Source: a virus
Lineage: Duplodnaviria > Caudoviricetes
Direction: 5' to 3' (one strand)
IMG/VR virus record: IMGVR_UViG_3300026189_000012
Span: 1 to 38,705 of that record
Length of the DNA: 38,705 nt
Numbering within the stretch: position 1 is the first letter of the stretch; every line of letters begins with the position of its first letter. Below the pieces are notes generated by a model. The model was given only the letters and a program-made list of their open reading frames with translations. It did not search any database and was not told where the DNA came from. The translations under genes and the position numbers were made by a program. This document shows positions 15,049 through 24,440 of this stretch, one piece after another.

Positions 15049-15276
15049 TTACACAACCTCAACTTCACTTACTGAGACCTCTTCTTCGGTGGCATCAACT
15101 GTTGGAGCAGACTCTTGTTCTTCAATCATTGCAATCTTTTGTTTGATATCCTCAATAAGTGCAAGACGACGTTCAATACGTTCTTGAATCATTTGTGCTG
15201 CTACTTGATCCATTTTACGACGCTTTTCCATGATAGCAACACGACGCTGCTGTTTTGCCTCTTGACGATGTGACAT
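15049..15276 (-). CDS. Coiled-coil hypothetical protein (75 aa)
   Basis: ORF track; GAGGA RBS. Confidence 0.7.
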   Translation of the reverse strand: MSHRQEAKQQRRVAIMEKRRKMDQVAAQMIQERIERRLALIEDIKQKIAMIEEQESAPTVDATEEEVSVSEVEVV

Positions 15277-15278
15277 AA

Positions 15279-15527
15279 TTAGTCCTCAAATAGTTTGATG
15301 TATGATCTTGATTTAATAAATTTTAACTCATGCCAATAATAATTTTGGCAAACAATTAAAACATGATTTTTTCTATGATATGTTCCAGCATCAAGTTGAT
15401 GTGGAAGTTTATCTGTGACTGCTATCTCAATAGTGAGATATTCATCTTCATTATCAATGTAGTAGACCCAACCTTCAACATTTTTTTGTTTCCAAATGAC
15501 ATAATCATCTAGGGTTGGTTTATACAT
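15279..15527 (-). CDS. Hypothetical protein (82 aa)
   Basis: Track ORF trimmed to ATG; EGWVYY and YLTIEI motifs. Confidence 0.7.
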   Translation of the reverse strand: MYKPTLDDYVIWKQKNVEGWVYYIDNEDEYLTIEIAVTDKLPHQLDAGTYHRKNHVLIVCQNYYWHELKFIKSRSYIKLFED

Positions 15528-15846
15528 TGTAAATAGCACTTTCTAACGGATTGAGATTAAGTTGCATCGCAGTATAGTTGCGAGTATTGTTAATATCTAC
15601 CTCTTTTCCTACTTTATTTGAGTTGATGGGGGCATGGTAAGTCTTCGTAATGCTTCCCTTCCTTCCTCGTTTTGTCTTGACGAATCCCCAAATAGTCCGA
15701 ACATCATCAGAAGTGTAAACATACTTACGGTGATCCCGTAACCAAATAGCAACCACATTCGTTTTGAAATTGGTTGCTTCGTAACTATATCCTTTTGGGG
15801 GTTGATGGGGGAAATCATGGGGCAGTTCGACAAGGTTCATCATCAA
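15520..15846 (-). CDS. Conserved cyanophage hypothetical protein
   Basis: ORF track; FPHQPPKGYSY, TIWGF and YTAMQLNLNPLE motifs; start uncertain. Confidence 0.7.
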   Translation of the reverse strand: MMMNLVELPHDFPHQPPKGYSYEATNFKTNVVAIWLRDHRKYVYTSDDVRTIWGFVKTKRGRKGSITKTYHAPINSNKVGKEVDINNTRNYTAMQLNLNPLESAIYNV

Positions 15847-16048
15847 TCAAGAAGGATTCAAACTCTGGATACATTGTAGTCGCAATATACTGTGCAAGTG
15901 CTTGTGTAGGTGACACTACATAAACCTCCACAGTGTATATGTACGGTTCATCTCCTGGTGTGTCTTGCATGGAGAGTTCCAATTCACATCTCCACACATT
16001 TCCTCTTTTGAGATGTTGATCCCAAGAGATAGTTGCATCAGGTTTCAT
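15815..16048 (-). CDS. Hypothetical protein (77 aa)
   Basis: Track ORF trimmed to ATG. Confidence 0.65.
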   Translation of the reverse strand: MKPDATISWDQHLKRGNVWRCELELSMQDTPGDEPYIYTVEVYVVSPTQALAQYIATTMYPEFESFLIDDEPCRTAP

Positions 16049-16352
16049 TAGATTTTGAAGGCACAAATGGAGTTCTAGTTTTATTTTTGATTATGATAAA
16101 TGCGTCTTTGTTGTTCTTGACGGTTCCTTTGGGTGATGACCACTTGGGATTGTAATCTTCGCCCACATCAATACCACTAACAGAGCGACCCCCAACCTCA
16201 ACAACAACGTCATCATAGCACTCCCAATTCAACTCTGCAATCTGTTTTGTAAGTTTTTCTGTTATGCTTCTGATAATGGCTTTCGCTCTCCGATTTGTAA
16301 TAATCAGATCAGAATCCATCACACTTTCTTCGGGATCAAGTTTACCAATCAT
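16038..16352 (-). CDS. Hypothetical protein (104 aa)
   Basis: ORF track; ATGA overlap with upstream gene. Confidence 0.7.
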   Translation of the reverse strand: MIGKLDPEESVMDSDLIITNRRAKAIIRSITEKLTKQIAELNWECYDDVVVEVGGRSVSGIDVGEDYNPKWSSPKGTVKNNKDAFIIIKNKTRTPFVPSKSNET

Positions 16353-16591
16353 GTCGTAAACTCCTCCACAATTTCAGAATCAAGATCTTCTGACAGTGCA
16401 TACGTTGGTGCCTTCATGATATTTTCACGAAGACGATTGTAATGCCCCTCATTGAATCCCTCATCTCTCTCAACAATTAAGTCAAAACATTCGTCATCAT
16501 TCTCTGCCACCACATTCCAAATGCCACCATATTCTGATGAAGGAAAGGGGACAAAGTGATTCACGATGTAGAAAAACTTCTGAGTCATCAT
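16349..16591 (-). CDS. Hypothetical protein (80 aa)
   Basis: ORF track; VPFPSSEYGG motif; own promoter. Confidence 0.75.
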   Translation of the reverse strand: MMTQKFFYIVNHFVPFPSSEYGGIWNVVAENDDECFDLIVERDEGFNEGHYNRLRENIMKAPTYALSEDLDSEIVEEFTT

Positions 16592-16601
16592 TCTAAGTAA
16601 A

Positions 16602-16781
16602 TTACTCCTTGATTTTAGATTGAGTTTGTTTTCTTGTCAACTGGTTGAGTTGACTTTGAAGTTCGGTTTTGATTGATAATAACTTGAAGTATAAAAACTG
16701 TTGACAGTCATTATCTGGAAGCAAGGCAGCGATTTCATCCACATGAAGAATGGCGCTCACCAATCTATCATGGTCAGTCAC
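16602..16781 (-). CDS. Small hypothetical protein (59 aa, GTG start)
   Basis: Manual ORF; GTGA overlap with upstream stop. Confidence 0.5.
   Translation of the reverse strand: MTDHDRLVSAILHVDEIAALLPDNDCQQFLYFKLLSIKTELQSQLNQLTRKQTQSKIKE
16612..16640 (-). promoter_or_regulatory. sigma70-type promoter TTGACA-N17-TAAAAT
   Basis: -35 at 16635-16640, -10 at 16612-16617. Confidence 0.75.
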
Positions 16782-16859
16782 GATGTATAAAACTCCGCAA
16801 GAAAGTAATCTACATCGACGCCAAGTTGTTCAGATTCCTTAGCAACTTGTGACCAAAAT

Positions 16860-17048
16860 TCAATCGAAACGGATTGGTCTATCAAACTTGTTGGTTTGGT
16901 ATCCCTCTTTGATTGCCTGGATGATGATGTTGTCATAGGAATGAGAGTGCAGTGGTATATTTCTATGTAGAAGATAATCCTCACAATCCTCCGCAAGAGC
17001 TTCTTTTAACTCGTGTGGGATTATTTCAAGAAAAGATCTATCTATCAT
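16860..17048 (-). CDS. Hypothetical protein (62 aa)
   Basis: ORF track; ATGA overlap. Confidence 0.7.
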   Translation of the reverse strand: MIDRSFLEIIPHELKEALAEDCEDYLLHRNIPLHSHSYDNIIIQAIKEGYQTNKFDRPIRFD

Positions 17049-17311
17049 ATCTTTTTCCTCGTCCAGTTTTTACAACCCCAGTCAGATGGAGTGGAAACGA
17101 CAGATGATGGACATGGTTGATAAGTGCCAAGTCCACTAATGCCATCACGCACACGAATTAACTTAGATTGTTTCTGCACTGTTCCACGTTTATGGTCAAT
17201 TTTAGATGGTTTACTGACCATAGTAAAACTTGGAAAGATTCCAGTACAAGATCCCAATCCAAATTTGCCCGGAGTCCAATGTTTACAAGTTCTACACTTC
17301 ATCATCAGCAA
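17045..17311 (-). CDS. Cys-rich putative metal-binding protein
   Basis: CRTCKHW...GSC...WGCKNW pattern. Confidence 0.55.
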   Translation of the reverse strand: MLMMKCRTCKHWTPGKFGLGSCTGIFPSFTMVSKPSKIDHKRGTVQKQSKLIRVRDGISGLGTYQPCPSSVVSTPSDWGCKNWTRKKI

Positions 17312-17841
17312 GTAGCACGACCAATAAGACTACCTGCACCAGCACCCAGAACTGTGCCTAGGATGGTATTACTAGACTTTTTACCACCGACAGCATAACG
17401 ACCAGCAAAACCACCACCAAGAGCACCTAATCCCATGCGTAGGAGTTTACCATTGCACTGATTCTGTGGTTGATTGATAACAATAGGTTGCTGCTGCTGT
17501 TGTTGTGGATAATAGTTGGTTTGCTGTTGAGGGTAGTGTGGTTGGTGATAACCATGTGCAATATCACTATTGCCAAAGGATCCGTAGAAAGAACCACCAT
17601 AACTTGCAGGAGCAATACCTGTGGGAGCAGTCTGTGCCTGATCACATCCCACTTTACGACGCTTATTCTTTACCTTTGCGCTCACATAACGACCATTAGC
17701 TCTGTAGTATCCGGGAACATACCGTTCTACGTTCTCGTAGCAATGTTGTTCATGAAATACCTGATACTCCGCTTGAGCAGCAACTCCAGAAAATGATGCT
17801 GTCGTGATAAGAACAGGAAGAATGAATGTTGAGAGTTTCAT
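17305..17841 (-). CDS. Secreted/membrane protein with C-terminal glycine zipper
   Basis: Signal-peptide-like MKLSTFILPVLITTASFSGVAAQA, Gln-rich linker, GALGGGFAG and GTVLGAGAGSLIG. Confidence 0.75.
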   Translation of the reverse strand: MKLSTFILPVLITTASFSGVAAQAEYQVFHEQHCYENVERYVPGYYRANGRYVSAKVKNKRRKVGCDQAQTAPTGIAPASYGGSFYGSFGNSDIAHGYHQPHYPQQQTNYYPQQQQQQPIVINQPQNQCNGKLLRMGLGALGGGFAGRYAVGGKKSSNTILGTVLGAGAGSLIGRATC

Positions 17842-17864
17842 TGTTGATTTTTGTTCATGAACCA

Positions 17865-17920
17865 ATCATACATGAGTTGACCCTCTTTGTAAAGGCCCCT
17901 ATGACACTACTTAATGTGGT
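17865..17920 (-). promoter_or_regulatory. Early promoter TTTACA-N17-TATGAT with upstream ACCAC-N8-GTGTCA box
   Basis: -10 at 17865-17870, -35 at 17888-17893, GTGTCA at 17902-17907. Confidence 0.7.
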
Positions 17921-18136
17921 TCAGTCTCGGTCAGGCAGCGGTGTCCACTCGAAACCATAGTCACTATCGTTCTTGACTTTCTTACGAACTTTCTTCAACC
18001 CCTTGAGTTCTTCTTTGATTAGTTGATATGCGTCCTCAGCAGCAATTCTGCCACTAAGTTCCATTGCACAAATTATTTCTACACGATTACCAAAAAATGA
18101 TAGTGCTTTCTCAAATCCATCTAAATCATCATACAT
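17921..18136 (-). CDS. Hypothetical protein (71 aa, ...FGNRVEIICAMELSGRI..EDAYQLIK...)
   Basis: Track ORF trimmed to ATG with GGAG RBS; motif resembles small conserved cyanobacterial proteins. Confidence 0.7.
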   Translation of the reverse strand: MYDDLDGFEKALSFFGNRVEIICAMELSGRIAAEDAYQLIKEELKGLKKVRKKVKNDSDYGFEWTPLPDRD

Positions 18137-18350
18137 TTTTTTCTCCTCCGTTGATGTGGTAAATGACTGGTTGTATTCTGTCAATACGTTGATTAAGTCT
18201 ATCTTCCAACTCAGTTAAAGAAGCAGAAAGAGAATCATTTTCTCGTTCTAAGTATTCTACACGATCTTCTAGTTCCAGAATCAGGTCTATTAAACTTTCA
18301 TCATCAAACTTTTCGCTAGGATCAAAGAATCTCTGGATAAACTTAATCAT
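18129..18350 (-). CDS. Coiled-coil hypothetical protein (73 aa)
   Basis: ORF track; late-like GGTAAATA at 18373-18380. Confidence 0.7.
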   Translation of the reverse strand: MIKFIQRFFDPSEKFDDESLIDLILELEDRVEYLERENDSLSASLTELEDRLNQRIDRIQPVIYHINGGEKNV

Positions 18351-18479
18351 AAGGTATTGCTCATTCTACTACTATTTACCAACTTCTGAATACCCAATAA
18401 AGTAGAGAGAGGAATCCATGCCGGTTCTTCATCATCAAACTGTACCTGTACCTCAGTTACAATAACTTGATGAAATCGA

Positions 18480-18671
18480 TCAAACTTTTCTCTTGTGTTT
18501 CTTACGTAAGATAAAGGGTTCTCCATTACAATTTTCTACAGTAATATCTTTTGCTTTTAGTTTATACCTATCTATATGCTTTCGCAAGTGTTCTTCGCAC
18601 TCAAAATGGCAAATTGTGTCTGAATTAGAACATTCTAGTCGCCATGGAAATGATTTATGTGGAAATTTCAT
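18480..18671 (-). CDS. Hypothetical protein (63 aa, MKFPHKSFPWRLE...)
   Basis: Track ORF trimmed to ATG with AGAGGA RBS. Confidence 0.7.
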   Translation of the reverse strand: MKFPHKSFPWRLECSNSDTICHFECEEHLRKHIDRYKLKAKDITVENCNGEPFILRKKHKRKV

Positions 18672-18678
18672 AGATCCT

Positions 18679-18909
18679 CTAGGATTCAGGAGATTTGGTC
18701 TCATCATAGTCTTCACCACCCAATACGTTTACAATACAACCTGACCAATTTCTTGCAGCTTCGAACCATACTGCACGAAGATGCTCATAATCTTGAAAGA
18801 CTAGTGTTCTACCTGTGGGAAGAATTAACTCATAAGTGTGTCGATCATAAGGTTCATCTGATGTTTGTTTGAAGTATCGTGAGTCTGTAGGTTTAATTAA
18901 CTTAGTCAT
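18679..18909 (-). CDS. Hypothetical protein (76 aa)
   Basis: ORF track; FKQTSDEPYDRHTY motif. Confidence 0.7.
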   Translation of the reverse strand: MTKLIKPTDSRYFKQTSDEPYDRHTYELILPTGRTLVFQDYEHLRAVWFEAARNWSGCIVNVLGGEDYDETKSPES

Positions 18910-19064
18910 GTCAAGCGAAGACGATAATCTTTGAGTTTTTGAATCAGTTGTGAATGATTTGTCACGCCAGGTGCAATCATTTCTCTTGCTCTTGCCACAT
19001 CATGTTGAGACATTGTTTCCAATGACTTGATAAGATGGTCAACTTCTTGCAATGATAAATTCAT
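18906..19064 (-). CDS. Hypothetical protein (52 aa)
   Basis: Track ORF trimmed to ATG; ATGA overlap. Confidence 0.65.
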   Translation of the reverse strand: MNLSLQEVDHLIKSLETMSQHDVARAREMIAPGVTNHSQLIQKLKDYRLRLT

Positions 19065-19077
19065 GTGAAATTGTGAA

Positions 19078-19275
19078 TTAGTGCCAACGTTTTGATTTAA
19101 GATATTCAAGAACATCAGCTCTTACATCCATCAACTCATGATAACACCGTTGATTGTGAGCACATTGACGTAGTGCAGGATCTGGTTTAAGAACTGATTC
19201 AATAAACAAATCAAGACCACGATTCCATTTTTCTTGTTTTGATTCATTGTCTTCGATAGAGTACTGATCTTTCAT
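19078..19275 (-). CDS. Conserved cyanophage hypothetical protein (65 aa)
   Basis: KWNRGLDLFIESV-KPD--LRQCAHNQ motif. Confidence 0.75.
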   Translation of the reverse strand: MKDQYSIEDNESKQEKWNRGLDLFIESVLKPDPALRQCAHNQRCYHELMDVRADVLEYLKSKRWH

Positions 19276-19432
19276 TTGCTTTTACTTGTAAATTTACATT
19301 TTGGGTTGTATTTTCGAAGTTCTGAATAGATCTCTACTTTTTGTTGATCGGTTAAATTTTCTTGAAGAGAAATTCGAGAAACCATACTATTTAACTTCGA
19401 ACAAGTAATAGTTGAAACGGCAATAAACTCAA

Positions 19433-19630
19433 TCATTTGACAAGATCCCAATGGTCATCAGCACTTTCATTCATCCAAAAGAAGTATTTACCACTAATAG
19501 ATGCAAGGAAGATTTTACCACTCTCACGTTTCTCTACACGACATCCATGTAAGGAACGCATTTCATTTGCAAAGCGATTCTTAGCTTTACGGGACTTTGG
19601 TTTTACAAAAAGAATCTCAGTTTTAGCCAT
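19433..19630 (-). CDS. Hypothetical protein (65 aa)
   Basis: Track ORF trimmed to ATG; GGAGG upstream; own promoter. Confidence 0.7.
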   Translation of the reverse strand: MAKTEILFVKPKSRKAKNRFANEMRSLHGCRVEKRESGKIFLASISGKYFFWMNESADDHWDLVK

Positions 19631-19656
19631 AATGTCTTTGAACCTCCACAAAGGTT

Positions 19657-19685
19657 ATTGTATCAGGAAAGTAAAAGGGTGTCAA
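19657..19685 (-). promoter_or_regulatory. sigma70-type promoter TTGACA-N17-TACAAT with extended -10
   Basis: -35 at 19680-19685, -10 at 19657-19662. Confidence 0.8.
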
Positions 19686-19780
19686 GAGAGTGCTTGAATT
19701 GCAACAGAGGTGACTCTCGTACCCCAGTTGAGCATCCACACAAATGAGGCAATAAAGATCAGTTTCTCAGTGGCAGTCAT
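19682..19780 (-). CDS. Small hydrophobic protein (32 aa)
   Basis: MTATEKLIFIASFVWMLNWG; ATG downstream of promoter. Confidence 0.55.
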   Translation of the reverse strand: MTATEKLIFIASFVWMLNWGTRVTSVAIQALS

Positions 19781-19803
19781 TGACGTGTCGTTTATGCCCA
19801 GAT

Positions 19804-19860
19804 ATAATAAGACCCCCACCAGAACTGGCAGAGGTCTTGTGTGCCACTTTTTTGAGTGGT
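19804..19860 (-). promoter_or_regulatory. Early promoter, -10 TATTAT with upstream ACCAC-N8-GTGGCA box
   Basis: -10 at 19804-19809; GTGGCA at 19842-19847, nearly the same spacing as at 10287 and 17902; weak -35. Confidence 0.6.
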
Positions 19861-19886
19861 TTTTATGCAATCTCAAGAAAGAAAAA

Positions 19887-22800
19887 TCACTCTAATAATG
19901 TGGGTGAACTGGTCAAATTATTAACATCTGAGTCATGATTTTCATTGTTAGTAAAGCCGCCTGTCTGTAATGGAGATCTGGGGAATGTATAATCAGCCGA
20001 AGTGCGACTGGTAGCATCTCTAACAGAATTTGACGCTTCAGCATAAACATATGTTCCAAAAGGAGTATTATATGTGCCCATCAAAGAACCATCTGATGGA
20101 ACCTTACCAACAAATATGGAAGCATTGCCACCGCTAGCTGGATAAACTTGTCCACAAATTGCTATGTTATCTGCAGTATCAACAGACATTCCACCATGAT
20201 TTATGGTATTAGGACCCGAAATTAATCTTTGCCATACCATAGAACCAGAACTATCCATTTTTATAAGAAGACCAGCTGCACCCTGAGAAGCGTTTGGAGT
20301 ATCTGAATCACCCCAGATATAGATGTTATCAGAACTGTCAACATCTACGGCCGACACAGATTTGTTATGTGCATCATATATTTCCTTCTTCCACTGCAGT
20401 GTTCCACTAGAGTTATATTTTGCAAATAAGATACCGTAAACATTGTTAACATCTCTAGCCTTCCATGCGACATAAATGTTTCCTGAACTATCAGTAGTTA
20501 CTCCAGATGTGGTGTTGGCATGATAACCGCTACCAAGAGTTTTGCCGAAAATAATAGAACCATCTGTTCCGTTAACTTTTTGGAGATAGGGATAATTAGT
20601 TCCTGAACTATGTTGAAAATGTCCAACAAAAAGAAGATTTCCAGAACTATCTACATGAGCATCGTCGGCATAGTATCCACGATCATCATTATCGCCATAT
20701 GCTCTTGTGAATAAGTGATTTCCGCTACTATCATGCTTTGTCACATTTATTGTATATCCTGAACCATTACCCATTTGCTGGTGGGATTCAGTATATCCTA
20801 CATTAAAAACACTTCCACTAGAATCAGTTGCTACTGCTTCTGTGCGATCATTAGAGAAGTTAATCTTCCTCTGCCATTCTAAAGTTCCAGAGTTGCTATA
20901 TTTGGCAGTAATCATATCAGTACCACCAGGAGCATCACTCATCACACCTATAAAAGTATTATCATTACTATCTACATCAATGCAATTTTGTCCGAATTGA
21001 TAATAAAAATTTACACCGCTCTTAGAATATTTTCTTTGCCAAGATATATTGCCTTGTGGATCAAACTTTACCAAATTGTGGTGATTCTGTGAGGTTACAG
21101 TGGTAACCAGAACATTATTTTGACTATCAGTCACCAATGATGACTGTTGCCCAAGATTAATTCCATTTGGATCTGATATGGTAGTAATCCAATGAACTGG
21201 CAATCCTTCAGTTAAAAAATGAGTAACATCAGACCACTCAGATTCTTGACCCAGTGCAGTGTACTTAGTTCTGGCATAATATCCAGTCTCTGGTTCAAAT
21301 GTGAAACTTGGACCTGCTTGTGTACCAGTTGCTGAAAGTGCAGAGGTTGCGGTCTGTACATTTTGTGTGAAGTTCTCATCAGTCGCAATCTCCCATACCG
21401 CATCACCCCAAGTATTGACATTTCTTTCTGCAGTTGGTGCAGAAGATGTCAATGAAACATCCTCAACTTTGATTGGATCTGGATAGTCCTTGGTGTCAGT
21501 AGTTACGCCCTGAACCTTCATTCCAGTTGACCATGTACCAGAGGTGTCTGACAAAGTAATAGTATTACCTGTAGATGCTGATACTTCTCCTGTTGCATAA
21601 ATGTCTCTTGGAATATCAGCTTCTGCGTTTTCTGCGATTGCTATGTAAATAGTCGAAGTGCCATAAGCACCTTGACCTTCAACAGTAAATCCATTTTCAT
21701 TTAGATCTATAGCCGATTCAAAAGAACCAGTAATATGCGCTCTAGGTTCATTAGCCCATAGATTGACATCACCGTCGCCATCTACAATACCCCTAGTAGT
21801 ATCAAATATTCTCCAGTCACCTGTAAATCCGCTACTATTATCAGTGGATTTAATCATAAGCCACTGAGGTCTAAATCCAAGATTTACAACCTCACCTGAT
21901 GAAGAATAACTTCCACACTTAATCAGACCAGGAGTATCATCAGCAAACACATAAGCGACATATGTGCGACCACTTCCATTCCAGTAGTTAAAATAAGACC
22001 CGTCATATGTGATAGTAAAATCTGAATTTGTTGATGACACATAGGTATTTGATGGGCCGCCTTGCGTAACTCTGGTTTCATTTAAATTTAAGTATCCACC
22101 AGAAAGAGATTTGTGCCATACCATCCAATCACTAGAATCTGATGTACATTTAACAATTACAGTGCCGACAGTTCCGTTAAGTGAGTGACTTAATGTGCGA
22201 GATCCTGCTCCAGACGCATCTCCCGTCCAAGTAACTACATCAAAGAATCCTGGTGCTGCACGGAAGTTCCAGGCAACATAACTAGTGTTTTTATCATCAT
22301 TTGTTTTGTCATAACCGTTACCGTGCAAGACAAATCCATTGCTAGTCAGTTCTTTAATACCAGCATCGCCAGTCTCCGGGTTGGAAGTATCTGATGAGAG
22401 TGCTGGATAAGAAGATCCACGCTCTGAGTCCATCAACTTATGGTGATATCCCAAAGTAGTGCCTTTAATCCAAACCAGCGATTTATCGGTATTATCAATT
22501 CCTGTTGTAATTGTCTTTTCGTTTCCAGATCCACTCTGATAAAGAGTCGTACTAAACACTGTAGCATTAACTGTACTAGTAACAGCAGTATCAGCCTGAA
22601 CTGTCTCACCAACAGTCAGAACCTGATCGATTGATTCTCCTTCAATCAAACTTCCATCAGATATTTTCGATACTGTGGTGTCTGTGAGAGTGAGTTGAGT
22701 TGCAGGAACAGTTTCTTGCGGCGAACCGATTGCTATAAATACCCATGTTCCTGGTCTACTATATGTGACCTCAAAACCGGTAGATGTTGCATTGAAATTG

Positions 22801-23882
22801 AAGTTTCCCTCTTGTGGAGCTTCAGCATTAGTTTCCTGTGCCTGCAAACCAGCATTTCTATATGCAACTTGATGATCTCCAGATGTTGACCACCCTCTTT
22901 CAGAATCCATAATATACCAGCCCCCTAGCTCATCTATTTGTTTTGCAATGATGAACTGTGGTGCAAATCCACAATCAACGACAGCATCAGCTGGTGCAGG
23001 AGGTCCCCAACTACCTGTGTTATTGGAGAAGGTGCCACACTTGATTTGATTAGATGGGTTGTCAGCAAAAAGGTAGGCGACATACTCTTCACCAGCAGTG
23101 TTGAACGCTGTATGAGCAGGGAAATTTGTAGTCGTTGGTCCAGTGCCCCACAATGAAGTATCGAGCTTATCAGAGTTTGAATTTAGATAGAGTCCATGTC
23201 CAAGTCCTACGTCTTTGTGATATACAGACCAATCTGAAGTGGTATTTACTTTTTTCCAAATCATTACTGCAGGTTCGCTTCCAAGGGAATGACTTATGTC
23301 CCGTGTTCCAGATCCATCGCCCGTCCAACTCACAACATCAAAGAATCCTGGTGTTTTGAGAAAAGACCATCCAACATATGTACTTCCAGTATAATTTATA
23401 GATCCGTTACTTCCTAGAGTAACACCATCATTTTCAAAATCAACGTTATAGCTATCTCCATGATTTGTGGCTGCATATGTTGTGTCATATTGACCAATTC
23501 TTAAATGACTGCTAGAACCTCTCTCGCTATCATACAACCAATGATCATGGTTGTGACTGCGACCCTTTAACCAGAAAAGTCCACCGGAATCTGACATATC
23601 TAGTCCGGTAGTTAATTTTTGACTTGCACTAGTACCAGTATAAGTCGTTGTATCAAAAGCTGAACCACCAAGTACTCCTACGGTGCCAACATTTGTAATT
23701 GCACTTGATTCCGCAGTATAATCAAAATCAGGAGCTCCAGTATCATCTGCAGGAGAAAATACGGTTGGTTTGAGTATATTCAGAACGATAGAAGCTAAAA
23801 AAGCAGGTGACGCAATACCACCGCCCATTCCAATGAGACTAACCAGTGGCATTTCTTTCTTTTGCCATTTATTGTCGAACAT
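19887..23882 (-). CDS. Large virion structural/tail-associated protein (duplicated GFFDVV-WTG module, C-terminal beta-propeller)
   Basis: Two copies of a module with PGFFDVVxWTGD, YVAYxFA, IKCG; C-terminal DSSGNIYV...KYNSSGTLQW repeats; in the tail gene block. Confidence 0.75.
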   Translation of the reverse strand: MFDNKWQKKEMPLVSLIGMGGGIASPAFLASIVLNILKPTVFSPADDTGAPDFDYTAESSAITNVGTVGVLGGSAFDTTTYTGTSASQKLTTGLDMSDSGGLFWLKGRSHNHDHWLYDSERGSSSHLRIGQYDTTYAATNHGDSYNVDFENDGVTLGSNGSINYTGSTYVGWSFLKTPGFFDVVSWTGDGSGTRDISHSLGSEPAVMIWKKVNTTSDWSVYHKDVGLGHGLYLNSNSDKLDTSLWGTGPTTTNFPAHTAFNTAGEEYVAYLFADNPSNQIKCGTFSNNTGSWGPPAPADAVVDCGFAPQFIIAKQIDELGGWYIMDSERGWSTSGDHQVAYRNAGLQAQETNAEAPQEGNFNFNATSTGFEVTYSRPGTWVFIAIGSPQETVPATQLTLTDTTVSKISDGSLIEGESIDQVLTVGETVQADTAVTSTVNATVFSTTLYQSGSGNEKTITTGIDNTDKSLVWIKGTTLGYHHKLMDSERGSSYPALSSDTSNPETGDAGIKELTSNGFVLHGNGYDKTNDDKNTSYVAWNFRAAPGFFDVVTWTGDASGAGSRTLSHSLNGTVGTVIVKCTSDSSDWMVWHKSLSGGYLNLNETRVTQGGPSNTYVSSTNSDFTITYDGSYFNYWNGSGRTYVAYVFADDTPGLIKCGSYSSSGEVVNLGFRPQWLMIKSTDNSSGFTGDWRIFDTTRGIVDGDGDVNLWANEPRAHITGSFESAIDLNENGFTVEGQGAYGTSTIYIAIAENAEADIPRDIYATGEVSASTGNTITLSDTSGTWSTGMKVQGVTTDTKDYPDPIKVEDVSLTSSAPTAERNVNTWGDAVWEIATDENFTQNVQTATSALSATGTQAGPSFTFEPETGYYARTKYTALGQESEWSDVTHFLTEGLPVHWITTISDPNGINLGQQSSLVTDSQNNVLVTTVTSQNHHNLVKFDPQGNISWQRKYSKSGVNFYYQFGQNCIDVDSNDNTFIGVMSDAPGGTDMITAKYSNSGTLEWQRKINFSNDRTEAVATDSSGSVFNVGYTESHQQMGNGSGYTINVTKHDSSGNHLFTRAYGDNDDRGYYADDAHVDSSGNLLFVGHFQHSSGTNYPYLQKVNGTDGSIIFGKTLGSGYHANTTSGVTTDSSGNIYVAWKARDVNNVYGILFAKYNSSGTLQWKKEIYDAHNKSVSAVDVDSSDNIYIWGDSDTPNASQGAAGLLIKMDSSGSMVWQRLISGPNTINHGGMSVDTADNIAICGQVYPASGGNASIFVGKVPSDGSLMGTYNTPFGTYVYAEASNSVRDATSRTSADYTFPRSPLQTGGFTNNENHDSDVNNLTSSPTLLE

Positions 23883-23899
23883 GTTTTTTATCTCCTATA

Positions 23900-24394
23900 T
23901 CAAGCGAAGTTGGATGAATTTGCAAGAACTGTATATGTGTTGTCTGCTGTCTTGATTACTTGCAGTGTATAAACATCGATACCTGATGCACCACCTTCTG
24001 ATGGAGCAATACCACCACTCCACATTGGTGTAACTGATGCGCCGTCGATTGTCATTGATGACATATATCCAGATGTTGACGCTGTTACCATGATGACAAC
24101 TGAGATTGCTTCTCCAACTGCCATGATTTGATTCACACTCTTACCAGATACTGATAAGTTTGGAATTGCTTGTGCAGCTTCTTGTGTTGTGAAATAATGA
24201 ATCATTCCATTGGAAAGATCGATGTCAGAAGCAGAACCAAGCGTTCCCGCAACAACATTAACACTCTCACAAAGTTGACCAGCAGTAAAACGAACGCCAG
24301 AAAGAACTGAGTCATTCGTAACAGTCAGTGCTTCAAGTGTTGGACCACCATTACCGGCCTTATTCTTAATTAAATTTACATTTAACTGTGACAT
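23900..24394 (-). CDS. Tail-fibre-associated protein (164 aa)
   Basis: IDLSNGM...GGASGIDVYT-QVIKT domain shared with 24769..25410. Confidence 0.7.
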   Translation of the reverse strand: MSQLNVNLIKNKAGNGGPTLEALTVTNDSVLSGVRFTAGQLCESVNVVAGTLGSASDIDLSNGMIHYFTTQEAAQAIPNLSVSGKSVNQIMAVGEAISVVIMVTASTSGYMSSMTIDGASVTPMWSGGIAPSEGGASGIDVYTLQVIKTADNTYTVLANSSNFA

Positions 24395-24440
24395 TTTTTA
24401 TATTCCTTTTATTAGTGGATAGGTGAGAGTGAATGTTGAA

